Positions 50,858-62,362 are shown, counted from the stretch's first letter. The stretch is DNA of 64,000 bases from Macrostomum lignano (GCA_002269645.1 NIVC01000012.1:868001-932000); one strand, 5' to 3'. Notes: generated from the sequence alone by a model not told the origin. A program made the numbers and translations.

Positions 50858-51618
50858 TCAAAAACGAAGCTTTCGAAACAGCGGCAAGTCATTGTTGAGA
50901 AGCTTTTCCTCATCCTCTTCCATTTCCGTCACGTCAGATCGTCTGAAGCACTTGGAACAAGTGATCGTCTTGGTGAAGTTGAAGTTGAAGTTGGCGTTCT
51001 CATCACAACGGCGCTCAATAGCCGACTTGAATTTCAGAATGTTATCCATGGAGTATGATGAGCAGAGTAGACCACGATATCGTAATGCGAACTTTGCAAA
51101 GTTGGCTAGACGTTCGGTGTACTTGACGGCTATCTTGAGTTTGATAGCGATGGCGGCTAGAGTAAAACCTCTCTTCTGTTGTAGATAGATGATCAGACGT
51201 CCTTGGGCAAAGTTGGCTAGACATTTGATGATATCTAAATCCTTAACTAGTTGAACTAAATCCTTAAACCGGGTTGAATCTCAGAATCTTCCAAATCCTC
51301 ACTGTCATCAATCGGCCGAAGAGGATCCTCAAGTCCATCGAATCGTGTTTTAACAACAACATCATTGCGAAGATTCTCCTCTATTTTCGCTTGTAGCCGT
51401 TGAAGGAATCGGCGAACTTCCTCATTCTTGTCGATTTCTTTCTCTTCCTTCTTAGCTTTCTTCGTCTTTTCACTAACGGCTCGTTCCAGTTTCTCAAAAG
51501 ATTTCAAAAGGGCTCGGCGCTTCACATCAGATAGTTTAGTAAGTTCTATCGTTAAAGATATTTGGTCTCGTTTTGATAATTCACTAAATAAGTTAGCAAT
51601 TTCAATAGCGCTATCCAT
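50858..51618 (-). pseudogene. Orphan Polinton-type ORF with one frameshift (~51270) and a C-terminal CxxC
   Basis: ORF 51256-51618 continues by frameshift into FKDLVQLVKDLDIIKCLANFAQGRL..KYTERLANFAKFALRY, which is in frame with 50858-51049. Confidence 0.5.
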
Positions 51619-51649
51619 TTTGTAGTATAATCCTAAAGTATAGTGTGTC

Positions 51650-52027
51650 AGTCTAATCTTGAGAAATGATAAGACGAGTGAAACATCTTCGCGTCTGATT
51701 GTATAGTAATGCTTTTAATTGTTAGATTCGTGCTGCAGCTTGCGTTCTTGAAAAATGGTTTGTGTGGGTGTAGTAATGGCATTGTGCTACCTACTCTACT
51801 CTAAATTTCAATTCATTGTGGCAGTCTGCGCGCGGGCTTGGGGTGGTACTGTGTGTTGTATTGTTTGGTTTTTTTGCTACCTTCCCACTGAGCTGACCTG
51901 CGAAAGAATACCTTGGAATATGAAATTCGCCAGGATACTTTCCAGTGGCGAAGATGGGTGGTAGTTTTTTTATATCTGACTGAATATCTAAAGCATTTCC
52001 TAGAAATAATGGTTTACTGAAGGCCAT
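51650..52027 (-). pseudogene. PLA2X-like (parvovirus VP1u-type phospholipase A2-like) protein, degenerate
   Basis: GNALDIQ..IKKLP..PGEFHIPRYSFAG resembles the N-terminus and Ca-loop of this family; the HD motif region is corrupted (VE*VAQCHYY). Confidence 0.55.
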
Positions 52028-52254
52028 TTTATATATAAAATTTACTGTTGTTAAATTATATGACACTTTCAAATTGTATATACCTGAAATTGCATTATAT
52101 TGACTTGTGAATCCAACTTTTCTCATGGTTTTAGAGCTGGAATCTTGAAAATTGCACTTTTTCAAAATTTTTGAAAATCAAAAAATCGCTGTTTTCAGAC
52201 CATTTTCACCTGTTTTTAGTCATTGTTTACTTATTTTTAGTGATTTTCAAAATG

Positions 52255-52745
52255 AGTGAGGGCATGAGGGCGAGGGCACCCTCCTTTTTAAAAAGTATAA
52301 ATATATGAAAAATCTGTTCTGTGAAATATTCCACAGGCCAATGTTCCCCCACATGCCCTCACCCTCAACACCCTCTCACAAGATATTTATATTTTAATAC
52401 TTATCACACACACCTTGCAACACAGACCTCCTGGTAGTAGTAGTGTGATATAAGGGGCTGAGTCATCAAGCGAGCTGGCGCGCAATGCGCCCGAGCAATA
52501 AGTGTGGCGCAGCCCCTTATATCATATCACACTACTACTGAGGGGTGCGTTGGGACAGAGTGCGAGGAGGCACGTGTTGGGACAGGAAGCCGCCCTGGCA
52601 TGTCGCGGCACTCGGCGTGGACAGAGAGGTAGTATGAGTCACACCCCGCGAAGAGAGGCAGACAGAGAGCGGGCCCTGTAGCAGAAGGCGCGGGACAGAG
52701 AGACAGTGTGTAAGTCACACACGAAGAGAGCCGTACAGAGAGCTC
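52255..52745. promoter_or_regulatory. Putative Polinton control region: convergent GAGGG/CCCTC repeats, an AGTAGT-ended inverted repeat with two TATA-like boxes, and a GACAGAG motif cluster
   Basis: Non-coding gap between the PLA2X-like gene and the ATPase; repeats read directly. Confidence 0.5.
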
Positions 52746-52847
52746 CCCCAGGCCGGGGTGGTAGAGGACTTGAAAAGAAAAAACACTTAATTCAGTTGTT
52801 TCAGGTTCAGGCCATCCGCAAACAGAACAAAGCTCTCCAACAGTATT

Positions 52848-53500
52848 TTATTTAGCATAAACTACGGGGTAGCGCCCCAACACATTAGCGTAGTACCGAA
52901 CATATGCGTTCTGCAGGCAATTAACAATCAAGTACGAGTAGGGCTCCCACTGGCGTCTTCGTACATTTGAACAAAACTTTTTGGGTTAGCGGGGACAAGT
53001 TGCTTTGCAATATGGGCGACTGTACTAACGTCCCGTGCATTGCGGAACAATGCAAGGTAGTTTGCGTTACGGGATTGAGTGCGGTGCTCCTTGCCCTTTG
53101 CAAACAGGTTTTGCACAAGGTTACCAAAGCCGGAACCCCACATGGCTGACTTTGCGGGTGAAAAATGCGGTGAAAGCAGCGTTTTTTCCATGGCTTGCAT
53201 TTGATTATCGACAACGAGTAGAATATTCGGGGCAGGAACATAGGTTTCAGGGTTAAATGTAGACGAGCGAAAATTGACCGGGTACGGTAATTTAAACAGT
53301 TCAGGGTCTGGATAGTGTCCAAACCAATCAACGAGAAAAAGCTTAGGGTCCTGAAAAAACTCGTTCCGCAGCAATTCTTTAACAAGAGTAGTTTTACCGC
53401 TCTGGTTAACACCAACAAAAATCGCCGAAGTATTTGGAGCAAACTTTATAGCGTCAGAGTCAATTGTTTGGTACATTTTCAGGGCAAGTTGACACTTCAA
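52848..53500 (-). pseudogene. A32/FtsK-like packaging ATPase
   Basis: Walker A GVNQSGKTT, LLVVDN, VQNLF, RTQSRNANYLALFRNARD; frameshifted tail EPYSYLIVNC..YPVVYAK* ends at 52848. Confidence 0.9.
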
Positions 53501-53510
53501 ATATTAAAAA

Positions 53511-53935
53511 CTATTTTATTTGTAAAGCATGTTTTCGAACCATCAAATCATTTTCAAGCAGATTGGTAGAGTAACATTCCCTCAAAATCTTTTCAATCGA
53601 CAACCCCTCTAAAAAGTGCTTTTCGGCCACAAAAATCACGTGCGGCCCACACGCTACACTTAGAGGGTGTTGAACAGGGCGGCAATTCATAGCAATGGGT
53701 GAATGTACATGCTTCGAGAACCATGCCGAGAGCAATTCCGGCACAGGTTCAATACACAAGGGGTCAAAAAATGTGACACTCTTATCATCATGTAGTCAAA
53801 TCAGTCCCCAGTGGGTGCCTGGCAGATTGCCCGTGTCAAAATTGATTACATATCCAGCGGGGTAAACAGGTGCAGGAATTCTGTCAAGAGGGCAAACGCG
53901 CAGTTCCACAGGTAGTTTTAAACGTTCCAAAATTT
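53511..53935 (-). pseudogene. Adenain-like cysteine protease with one premature stop (53796)
   Basis: YVINFD..PGTHW, FFDP, QHPLSVACG; the two listed ORFs share one frame. Confidence 0.85.
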
Positions 53936-54407
53936 CCTTGCGAGTTACAAAGCCAGGATTTCTAACCGCATCCATTTGACCCCCAGCGTCTTTAGCGTAG
54001 CCCATCATCCGCAGTTGATTAGACTTTGAGTCAGACCCATAATTCAAGCATGTACGAATGTATGCCTTGTAGGCGTGGTTGTTGTTGCTAGACTCGATAT
54101 GTGTACCATTTATGGAAAGAGACACGTTTTTGAACATGGTCTCCAAAATATAATTCATTGGCGCCACGTTTGCATCCGCCGCCAAATCGGCTCCATTAGC
54201 TCTCTTAATACAACCTTTAATCTCGAGATCAATGTCATTAAGATCGGCAAACGTCTCGCCGCCCACAATTCTAAACTCGACCACACTCGCATTTTCAACG
54301 CTGGCAACCGGGTGGATTTCTTCGGTAGTTGAACCTACGGCTGCAATTTGGTGAGCACTAGGGGCAAAGAGTTCAAACTCGGACTTTGTACACAGACACT
54401 CGGACAT
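53936..54407 (-). pseudogene. N-terminal ~157 aa of the double-jelly-roll major capsid protein, truncated and fused to the protease
   Basis: CLCTKSEFELF..EIHP..VEFRI..DL..FKNVSLSING..HAYKAYIRTCLNYG..K..QL..YAKD is a typical Polinton MCP start. Confidence 0.85.
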
Positions 54408-54436
54408 GTTTAGTAGACAGACTCGACTCGGCGAAT

Positions 54437-54781
54437 CTAATTGAAGCGGGGCTTTTTAATTATAGTGCTGAAAATGTCTGAATTGAGACGCTTCGGAGCC
54501 TTTTTTCTTCTTCGTCCGCTACCCCTTTGGGTAACCGTGTCTTTAAAGGCGTCCTTGGCAACCTGAACAGAATTGCGCAGGACAGACTCTTTCAAATTGC
54601 CTCCTTGCTCGAGGCTATCGTTAACCGTAGTTGCTAGGGCTCTAGTACCATGACGGAGAACGTTTTTACCAAAACTCTTAAGAATTGGCAGCGCGAAGCG
54701 GGCAATGCTTCCAAACAAACCGTTGCCCCTATGGGCGCCTGCGAAAACAGGCAAAGCTCCACCAATCAGAATAGAAGGCAT
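54437..54781 (-). CDS. Polinton PZ-like basic core/membrane protein
   Basis: FAGAHRGNGLFGSIARFALPILK amphipathic helix, QRGSG motif, basic tail; ORF intact. Confidence 0.75.
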   Translation of the reverse strand: MPSILIGGALPVFAGAHRGNGLFGSIARFALPILKSFGKNVLRHGTRALATTVNDSLEQGGNLKESVLRNSVQVAKDAFKDTVTQRGSGRRRKKAPKRLNSDIFSTIIKKPRFN

Positions 54782-54824
54782 GATTAAGCACTAGGATATA
54801 GTTTACTGAGGCTGTGTTGTTTAT

Positions 54825-55948
54825 TTATAGCTTCTTTTCGCCGATGTTAACGCTCAAGACGGTCTTGCCTCTCATTAATTTTGTCATATCCTTGCCCATA
54901 TCATCGTTAATTTGTACTTCAATAGTTTTGAATGGGTGCTTAACCAGCGGTAAATATGCCGGATTGACAAACTCGTAGTACTCGCGACCGCCCTGAACTT
55001 TAGGATCCATCGGTATAGCCCCCACAGAGGAACTTTAACGTCTCCTACAATAACGGAATCAACTATGCCTGAATAGATGTACATTGTTTTCCACCGGTTA
55101 ATTCCATTGATGTGGCTGCCCCAAATTCCGATATACCGAAAAATGGGGTTGTATAAGTATGCTCTGGGAAACCAAGCACGCCGGTCAAGCGCCCCAGCCC
55201 AAACATGTAATCCACCGAGCCGATGTAATAACACCTATCCGTACATTCGCTGTATCCGAAAAAGTCCTTTCTAGGTGCTGGAGCCGCTACGAGATCTTTG
55301 ATTTGTTTCCAAATTATATGGTTGAGTTCCTTTACAAATCTTTTAGGTGTACTATAGTATCCTCCCTGCATATAAAATGTTAGATCAGACGATGCGCTAG
55401 TAACTTGTCTTATGATTAGAGCGTGGTCCATTGACTGTACAGTCGGTTCCTCAACAACTGCGGTGATGGAGGCTGCACACCCCGCATGTAATACGAGTTC
55501 AGTAGGTAGATCCTCATTAGACTCGAAGCCGGCGACAAGTTTAAATACCTTGGGTAGGGCATCCGGGAATTTGATGCCGACGGTGGATTTTAAAGTATTC
55601 AGAATCATAAAGGCTGTTGGAGATGTTCTTAAAAAGACAATTTTCTTATTATCCCCTTCAACGTATTGGATACCGTTTAAAAAGCCGGAAATACATTCTT
55701 CAGGGGTTTTCAGACCCGCTGCGAGACAGGTTTTCAAACGACGAAGCCGTCAAGAGGCCCTCGTGTTCGCGAATGGTAATCGGTATAGATGTTTTGAAAG
55801 ATTCAAATTCCTTAGTAAAGTAGATCCGTTCGAGGAAAACCTCATGATTCGGAAAGTGGAGAGTGTCCGGTAAATTAATAAAATAATGAGCCGGATTATT
55901 TTCGGGATAGTGCTCTGGGCACGCATTACTAGGCAGAAAAAGATGCAT
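54825..55948 (-). pseudogene. Minor capsid (penton) protein, frameshifted
   Basis: LFLPSNA..YPEN..YFINLP start; MYIYS.IVDSVIVGD..VPL and YEFVNPAYLPL..IEVQINDD C-terminus. Confidence 0.85.
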
Positions 55949-56440
55949 GGTAGCCAGGCATTAGTTATTATTACGTTGCCGTATACTTATAACTTCATTT
56001 ACAGGTACAAATGAGTTAAAACTCGCACAGACACTGCATCAACTCATTATCGGCTCCCCTAATAATGGCCCTCCGATGTGGTCGCGCGTCACCGAGCTCT
56101 AGCTCGCGACGGCAAGAACAAAGACGAGAAATTCCGTTTGTCGTTATTTAGGTGGTAAGCATTGCGTGCATACATGTGCATATTTTGTTTATTTATAAGC
56201 AAACCATAATTAGAGTTGCAGAATAGCAGTCACGTGGTCGTACATTTTACACAGTTCGTCATAGTTTCGTATTCCTAGGAACACCAACCGACCATTCTTT
56301 CCGCACAGCAGGCACTTGGCCTTGCGGACTTTATTACAAGTCCATTGAATACCTCAATCTCCCACTCAACCCAGCGCGAGCTCGAGTTGGCAAGTTGAAA
56401 AAAGTTTGGCTTAACATTAACTTCGGCACGATAAGTACCG

Positions 56441-58275
56441 GTGACTTGACTTACTTGACTTAGCTGCAGGGCTGTCCCGGAGGGGACACAGCGGGAAGGC
56501 GCGGGCGCCCATTCCGCTAATCCCTGAACGGCCGACGCGTCGCTATGGACGGTGAATTGGCGCCGCCCAGGGAGGTCCCCCAGTGTCGCCAGCAGCTATA
56601 GTGCTTTCTGGAAAGGAGAGTTCAGCCCTGCGGGTGGCCCAAAGGTAGCGCATGAGCTGATTAAAGTTTTCGGGTTTGCACGCTTCAGTAATAGATGTGT
56701 GTGGCCCGAGGTAAGTGAGTCTGGCCCGCGTGAAGGCGGGACAGATGCTGACGAAATGCTCAGCAGGTTCGTCACCTGAGTTGCAGAAACTACATGTGGC
56801 GTTGATGGCGTTGCCCTGCAGGTACTGGTGCCTGGAGAAGCAGCCGTGACCTGAGAGGGTCATGGTGGCAGCCCGGATGTCTCTGCGCGAGAGGCGCAAG
56901 AGGAGCTTCCGGAGCTGGTGAGAGGGCTGAGGGACAGCGCCTCTGGATTGCCTGCAGTTCGTGCGGTTCGCCCAAGTCGAGCGGTGCTGAGTCCTGATCC
57001 ACGCTTTGATGCGTGCGTCGATGACACAGCCAGGAATCGGGACAAGAGGTTCGGGGCCGAGAGAGGAGCCGGAGGCACCAACTTTTGCAAGGGTGTCAGC
57101 TCGGATTCCGAAGACCCGGCCTTGTCCTCAACTCCTTCTCCGACTGGCAGGTTTGGTTCCCGGGGCTTGGCCGGAGCCGTTACCACGATCGCCGAACTGC
57201 TGCTAGCAGAGGGGCGAGACGCAGCTTTGGCTTTGGGATCGGCTTGCGCCTTTCCTTGGGCCTTAGACTGCGCCCCGCTCTTGCCAGAGATGCCGGGGTT
57301 GGCAGTAGCCTTCCCTTTGGAAGACTTTCCTCGGCGCATCTTGAGCTTAAGGGCACCCAACTGGAAAGAGGATCCATTAGGGTACCGACTCGCCCAAGTG
57401 CTGGAAAGGCCGAGGAAAATTGAGTTGCCCGTCTCCCCCCTGCGGACTCGGCGGTGATACACCAGTCCACTAGCAGGGAGGTCGGGGTTCAGACGCAGTA
57501 GGACCCGGCGAATAACGTCTGGTCCAGCTGCGGTGCTCTTAGCAGGGACGAAAACCACAGGGTATCGTCTTTGGACGCTGGCCCTCCCGAAGAAAAAGAG
57601 CTCCACCAAAGTCAGCATCCAAGGAGACCGTCGGTAGCCGCTGGAGCAGCTGCCGAGCATCCTCCTCGCTGCTAGGGGCAATAAGAACGAATGTGCTTCG
57701 CAGCACCATCCGCTCAATGCCGATGGAGATTCCCTCCTCGACAGTCAGCTCAATCAGATAGGAGTCAACAGCACTCCACACTTTTTGAAGCTGATCAGTG
57801 GTCCATTCCTGGTCGCGACCTTGGAGGATCACTCCCGGGATTTTGGCCTTGGCCTTCGCCGCAAAGGTAGCTCCCGAAGGAACCTCCTTGTTGGCAGTGG
57901 CCATTTGTTGCGCCGTGGTTTCGGCCTCGGCAGCCGCGGCAGCATCTCCAGGGAGCGCCGCCGCTGAACTACTGTAGCTTCTACCGGCCTGCCCGCCTGG
58001 TTGCCTTGGGACTCCAGTCGCTTCAGCATCCATGGTGGACGCCGCCGCTTTGGCCCCCGCAGCTCCCTGCTTGGCCTGCCTTTTGGCGCGTTGTTTAGCA
58101 CGTTTGCGCTCAAGCCGAGCCCGCTGAGCTTCATCAGATCTGCCAGATTTGGCCGGTCCTTTAGGCTCAGAGCTCACGGTTCTCTTAGATCCACCAGTGG
58201 AGCTGGCAGGTCTTTGGGCATTTTGAGTTTGGTAGCTCTGGTCGGATCTGCCAGCAGAGCCAGCCGGACGTGATA
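56441..58275 (-). mobile_element. Internally deleted LOA/R1-like non-LTR retrotransposon
   Basis: ORF1 at 58177-~57050 with one frameshift near 57570; only the ORF2 C-terminus remains (W..QH..W..CRQ..LSR..LSGH..CSFC..EHF..CPA, ~57040-56543); 3' tail of AAGTC-type repeats at 56441-56463; no APE, RT or RNase H. Confidence 0.8.
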
Positions 58276-58308
58276 ATGTAATGTATCTTATCAGACGTCA
58301 ATGTCAAA

Positions 58309-61300
58309 CTAAAAGAGTCCACTCTGTAAGATATTTTTTTCTGCTTCGTTGTCATTTGTAACTCGTTCCTGTCGACCTCCAGGAGCATCAGATCGCCAGT
58401 GGCTTTTGAGCCAATCATTTACATATGCATCAGGCTTGAAATTAGCCAACGGAGGTCCATTTATACGAATCCGCAGCAAATGCTCCAAAGTTTTAGGCGT
58501 GAGGCGTGACCTTCTATCATAGGCTATGTGCTTATAGATTGAAAACCCCCGTTCAGCCTCTGCAGATGATATAGGCAGTGTTAGGACAACCAGGATCAGT
58601 TTTTTTATTCTAGGCAGCCATTCAACTGTCCTTTTTTCCATAAAGTGACTCCAAAATTTTACGGGGCCTCTACTGCGGTTGGCACAAAAGTCAAACTTGT
58701 GTGAAGTAACCAGGCTGTTTATTAGAATAGAAAACTGCCCAGATATTGTCCTGATGTTGTCTCTAGAATCTGATTCTGAATCTGAATCAGAGTCTCCTGA
58801 GACAGGGCTCTCGTCTTGCATACCAAAGCGTCTAGCCAACGGAATTATTCTTGAGCTGTAAGTGAAAACTGTATGTAATGTCTCAGCCGTAGGCAATGAT
58901 TCCTGATTGAGTACATCAAATATTGAATAATCATCCTCAGGAAAATATTTACGCAGTTGACTGACAATGCTATCAATAATGACAAGCCGGATTTCGCTCA
59001 GTGCTGGATACGGTCCTACATCAGTAGCATCAGTACTGCATCCCCGGCGTCTTAGTCTACTACATGGCTGTTTCAACTCAAACCTTTGTGTTGAATCGTC
59101 AGTACCAGCAGGGCACACAAAGTCCGAATGAGATAGGTCATTTGTATGACAACGTACACGGTATTCTATATCTGCAGTAGGTCCCACAACTCTGCGGCAT
59201 CTGCACGAATTTAAGAAATCCATAACTCGAGGACCATTGTTTGTCTTTAACATTTCTAAGGAACGGATCAAGTCATTGTGGCGTTTTTGTAATCCTATAA
59301 ATGTACCTCTGGCACTTTGAAATTGCAAAGATTCAAATTCCAAAAGCTTTAGAATGTCAGTGAGAAATAGGTGCAAGGAATAATATCGTACATTTTTCAA
59401 TGTCTTCAGCAATCCGGAGGCAGTAGCTTTACTTTCATCATCAAAATCTGATGAAGTTGAAATGATATTTTCTAGATTTGTGAGAAGAAGGTAGTATGAC
59501 TTCCTAATTACATCCAGGGCGGACACTTCTGATGCAACCCATCTTATGCGATAGATTCTTTTAAGTTCGTAAAAAAACTTTGTCCAATACTTCTGAAGTT
59601 TCAAGTAATGAAGCTTTGCGCTTTGTAGCATGTCGCATGTAAAATTTGTATAGAGAATTTATGCTTGTATCAAGGTGCTGCATATATGGGAAGTTTTCAA
59701 AAGCATGATAAATTGAAAGTTCCAACTTATGGGCTGCACAGTGATGCTGGAAGAAATTGTTCTTTGCCCAAGGCCTGAGTCTGCTCACCAATCCTGCTCG
59801 ATTTCCTGTCATGACTGCTGCACCATCAGTTGTCATGCCCCATAGTCTTTCTTTGATACCTTCCAGAATATTGTCTTCAGTGAACATACCAATAAGCATT
59901 TCATAAATTCTTTGTCCTGTTTCTACTTGAGCAAGGCGTTTGAACCGATAGAAAAACATCATAGGGTTGCTGTTTTCAAGAATTCTAAAGTAGATCATCA
60001 AATAACTGTTAGAATGGATGTCAGATGTTGTGTCTAATACAATTGAAATTGGAAGATCTTTAGAATTTTTTATATACTTCAGTAGCGTTTTATGCATGGT
60101 CATACTGATTGATTCAGCCATTGCAGTAGCACTTTTACGATGCCTGTGATGACTGCCCATATCCAAGCCATTCTTTATTTGTAAATCAACCATCAGATTA
60201 TGTGCACTAAATGGAACATTGGCTTTTACTTCAGCATATACAGTCGTTAAAACCCTGGCAGTTATTTCATCTCTTTTGGTTTGTGCTAGTTTAGCCACCC
60301 TATTCATCTCATTAATTTGCCTTGCAAGTATGGAGTGGTGTTTCTCTTTCATTCAATTAATGGCTTCAGTGTGAAATAAACTTGATGAATGTCTTTGTAG
60401 TTTTCTTCGTACACTATCCTTTGCATGTCCATTTGGAACATAACCTGATTCGGTCACAAATGTCATGCCACGTTTACTTGCTTCATTTGCTGCTGAGGGA
60501 AGTGCATTGGCATACTGTTGACAGATTCGGCACTGTATTCCAGATCGCGATAGATCATCGGTATTTTGAGCGTATTGAAACCATGTCTTCATTTCATTGG
60601 TTACAAATTTCCTCGAAAAGTACCTAAAATAAATTATTTAGATTAGAGGCAGGTAGTAGATTTAGTAGTAATAGACTAAAAAGGCATTTAATTAAAAGAT
60701 AAAAATAAATGCATATAATTTTTCTTACGCTGACTGATGTGTTTCCAAGGAATCTAGTCACTGCTCTTGAAAACTAGATGTATCTTCCCAATCCTTTCTT
60801 AGGACTTGTTCGGTTCTTGCTTCTCCTGTCCCTGATGGTCCTGATCCTAATGCTGATGTTGCTAAACATGCATCTGCAATTGTACTTATGCATGGCCTTT
60901 TTCTTTCGGAAGGTCCTGCAATTACAGAGTCACTAATTTGAATATCAACGTCTGGATCACACGAATTGGACGCATCAGCATCTATATCAACAGCTGAAGG
61001 CGAAGGCCTACGTCCATGACAACAAGATCGCTTTAAGGATTGCCTTTAAACATTTATTTGCCTAACAATTTCTACTTCTAGATCAATTGTTTGCTGGTCA
61101 CTTTCCAGCACCTTATCCACTTCCTGCTCCTGTAGACTTCCAGCTGAGCAAAAGGCACTTTGTTCCGCATGCCATGTTGTTTGCGCAGTTTGAACAGCTT
61201 GATCTCGATTGGCTGCTATTTCCTGTGAATATTCTATAGCCTTTGCCAGTTCGTTACGATGTGAGCTTGCTGAGCATGCAGATGGGGGTGGCCTTTCACT

Positions 61301-62362
61301 TCGTGATGGTGAGCTAGGAGAACTTGTTGGTGAATTAACGATAGTTCCAATATTCTCCTCCAAAATCCAATGTGCGCCTGAGCAGTCATTTTCTTTACCT
61401 GGAGTCAATTTGCCAAGTTTCCACCTTGTAAAAAGCAAAGGCTTTTGTACTTCACTGTTGGATGTAGGACACCGGTTTATGGAATAGTCTTCATGGCCAA
61501 CTTCATCCCATTCTCTTGCTGGATTTAGGATGTAGTTAGGCTTATCTCTTAAGGTTGAGTAAATTGATTCAAAAAATGTGCACCTGTTATTGTGTGTACT
61601 TTGAGCATATATTATCATGTCATGTACATTACGCCTTATTATTTCAGCCAAGGAATCGTCAATTGTAAGATTGTCTAAAAAAATAGGCCTTCTTTGGGTT
61701 AAATGCATCTTAGCTAGCCGCAGTTTTCCAATGCTACCTCTTGAACTAGCATCATCAGTTCTAGAATAGTCTCTTTTGATGCAAGAGGATGATGACCATT
61801 GCACTTTTACCATTTCCATTTTTTAATGCATTTGGATCAGTTGGCAGTGTCCTACTAGCAACTAGCAGACTTGAAGAAACTAGCAATAGACAACTGTGAT
61901 GATCCTGCAGAGGCAGGAGCTGTTCTTGGTAGCCCATGTCCAGCTTTTCCTTGGTATCCAATAGAGGAGTCAGTGAAAAACATATCTGCTGTTCCCAGTT
62001 TTTCCTTTGATGCTATTACAAACAAACTATTTCTCTCTTTGAAGCTAGTTCGATAGAAGTCAGCAGAAAATGTTATCACTGGCTTTCTAACATCACCACT
62101 ATATTCTTGGACACCAATCAAAAGAAAATCACGCAGTCGTAGATTCTAAAGTTAAGGCAGTAGCACTACTTGGACAAACTTTTTTTAACTCTATGAACTC
62201 TGCATATTCCTGCGATCCAATATTTGGTTCATCTGTATTAAGCTCATTAATGACAATGGAGCACTCTTGAGCTAGGCAGTTATTAAAAAGTAATATGAGC
62301 ATCATGCTATGCAGAACACTCAAACAATGAGTGCAAGACATGATCCTTTCTTTGTCTTTCAT
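58309..62362 (-). pseudogene. hAT (ZNF862-like) transposase gene with N-terminal signal peptide and lamin-tail-like domain; one intron (60728-60624)
   Basis: TTF-type finger CRIC..H..LFH; VLDTTSD, TTDGAAVMTG, CAAH, IRWVASE, LPISSAEAERGFS. Disrupted by four frameshifts (~62150, 61860, ~61770, 59575) and three stops (61046, ~60770, 60353). Confidence 0.85.

Larger units (their letters stand above)
50120..56040 (-). mobile_element. Decayed Polinton/Maverick element, block B (virion morphogenesis module)
   Basis: Co-oriented penton, PZ-like protein, major capsid, protease, A32 ATPase, PLA2-like gene and orphan ORFs. Confidence 0.9.

Noticed and set aside
55960-56040. Integrase chromodomain tail (SFNSFVPVNEV)
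   Set aside because: The position upstream of the penton fits, but the match is too short and no integrase core is present.
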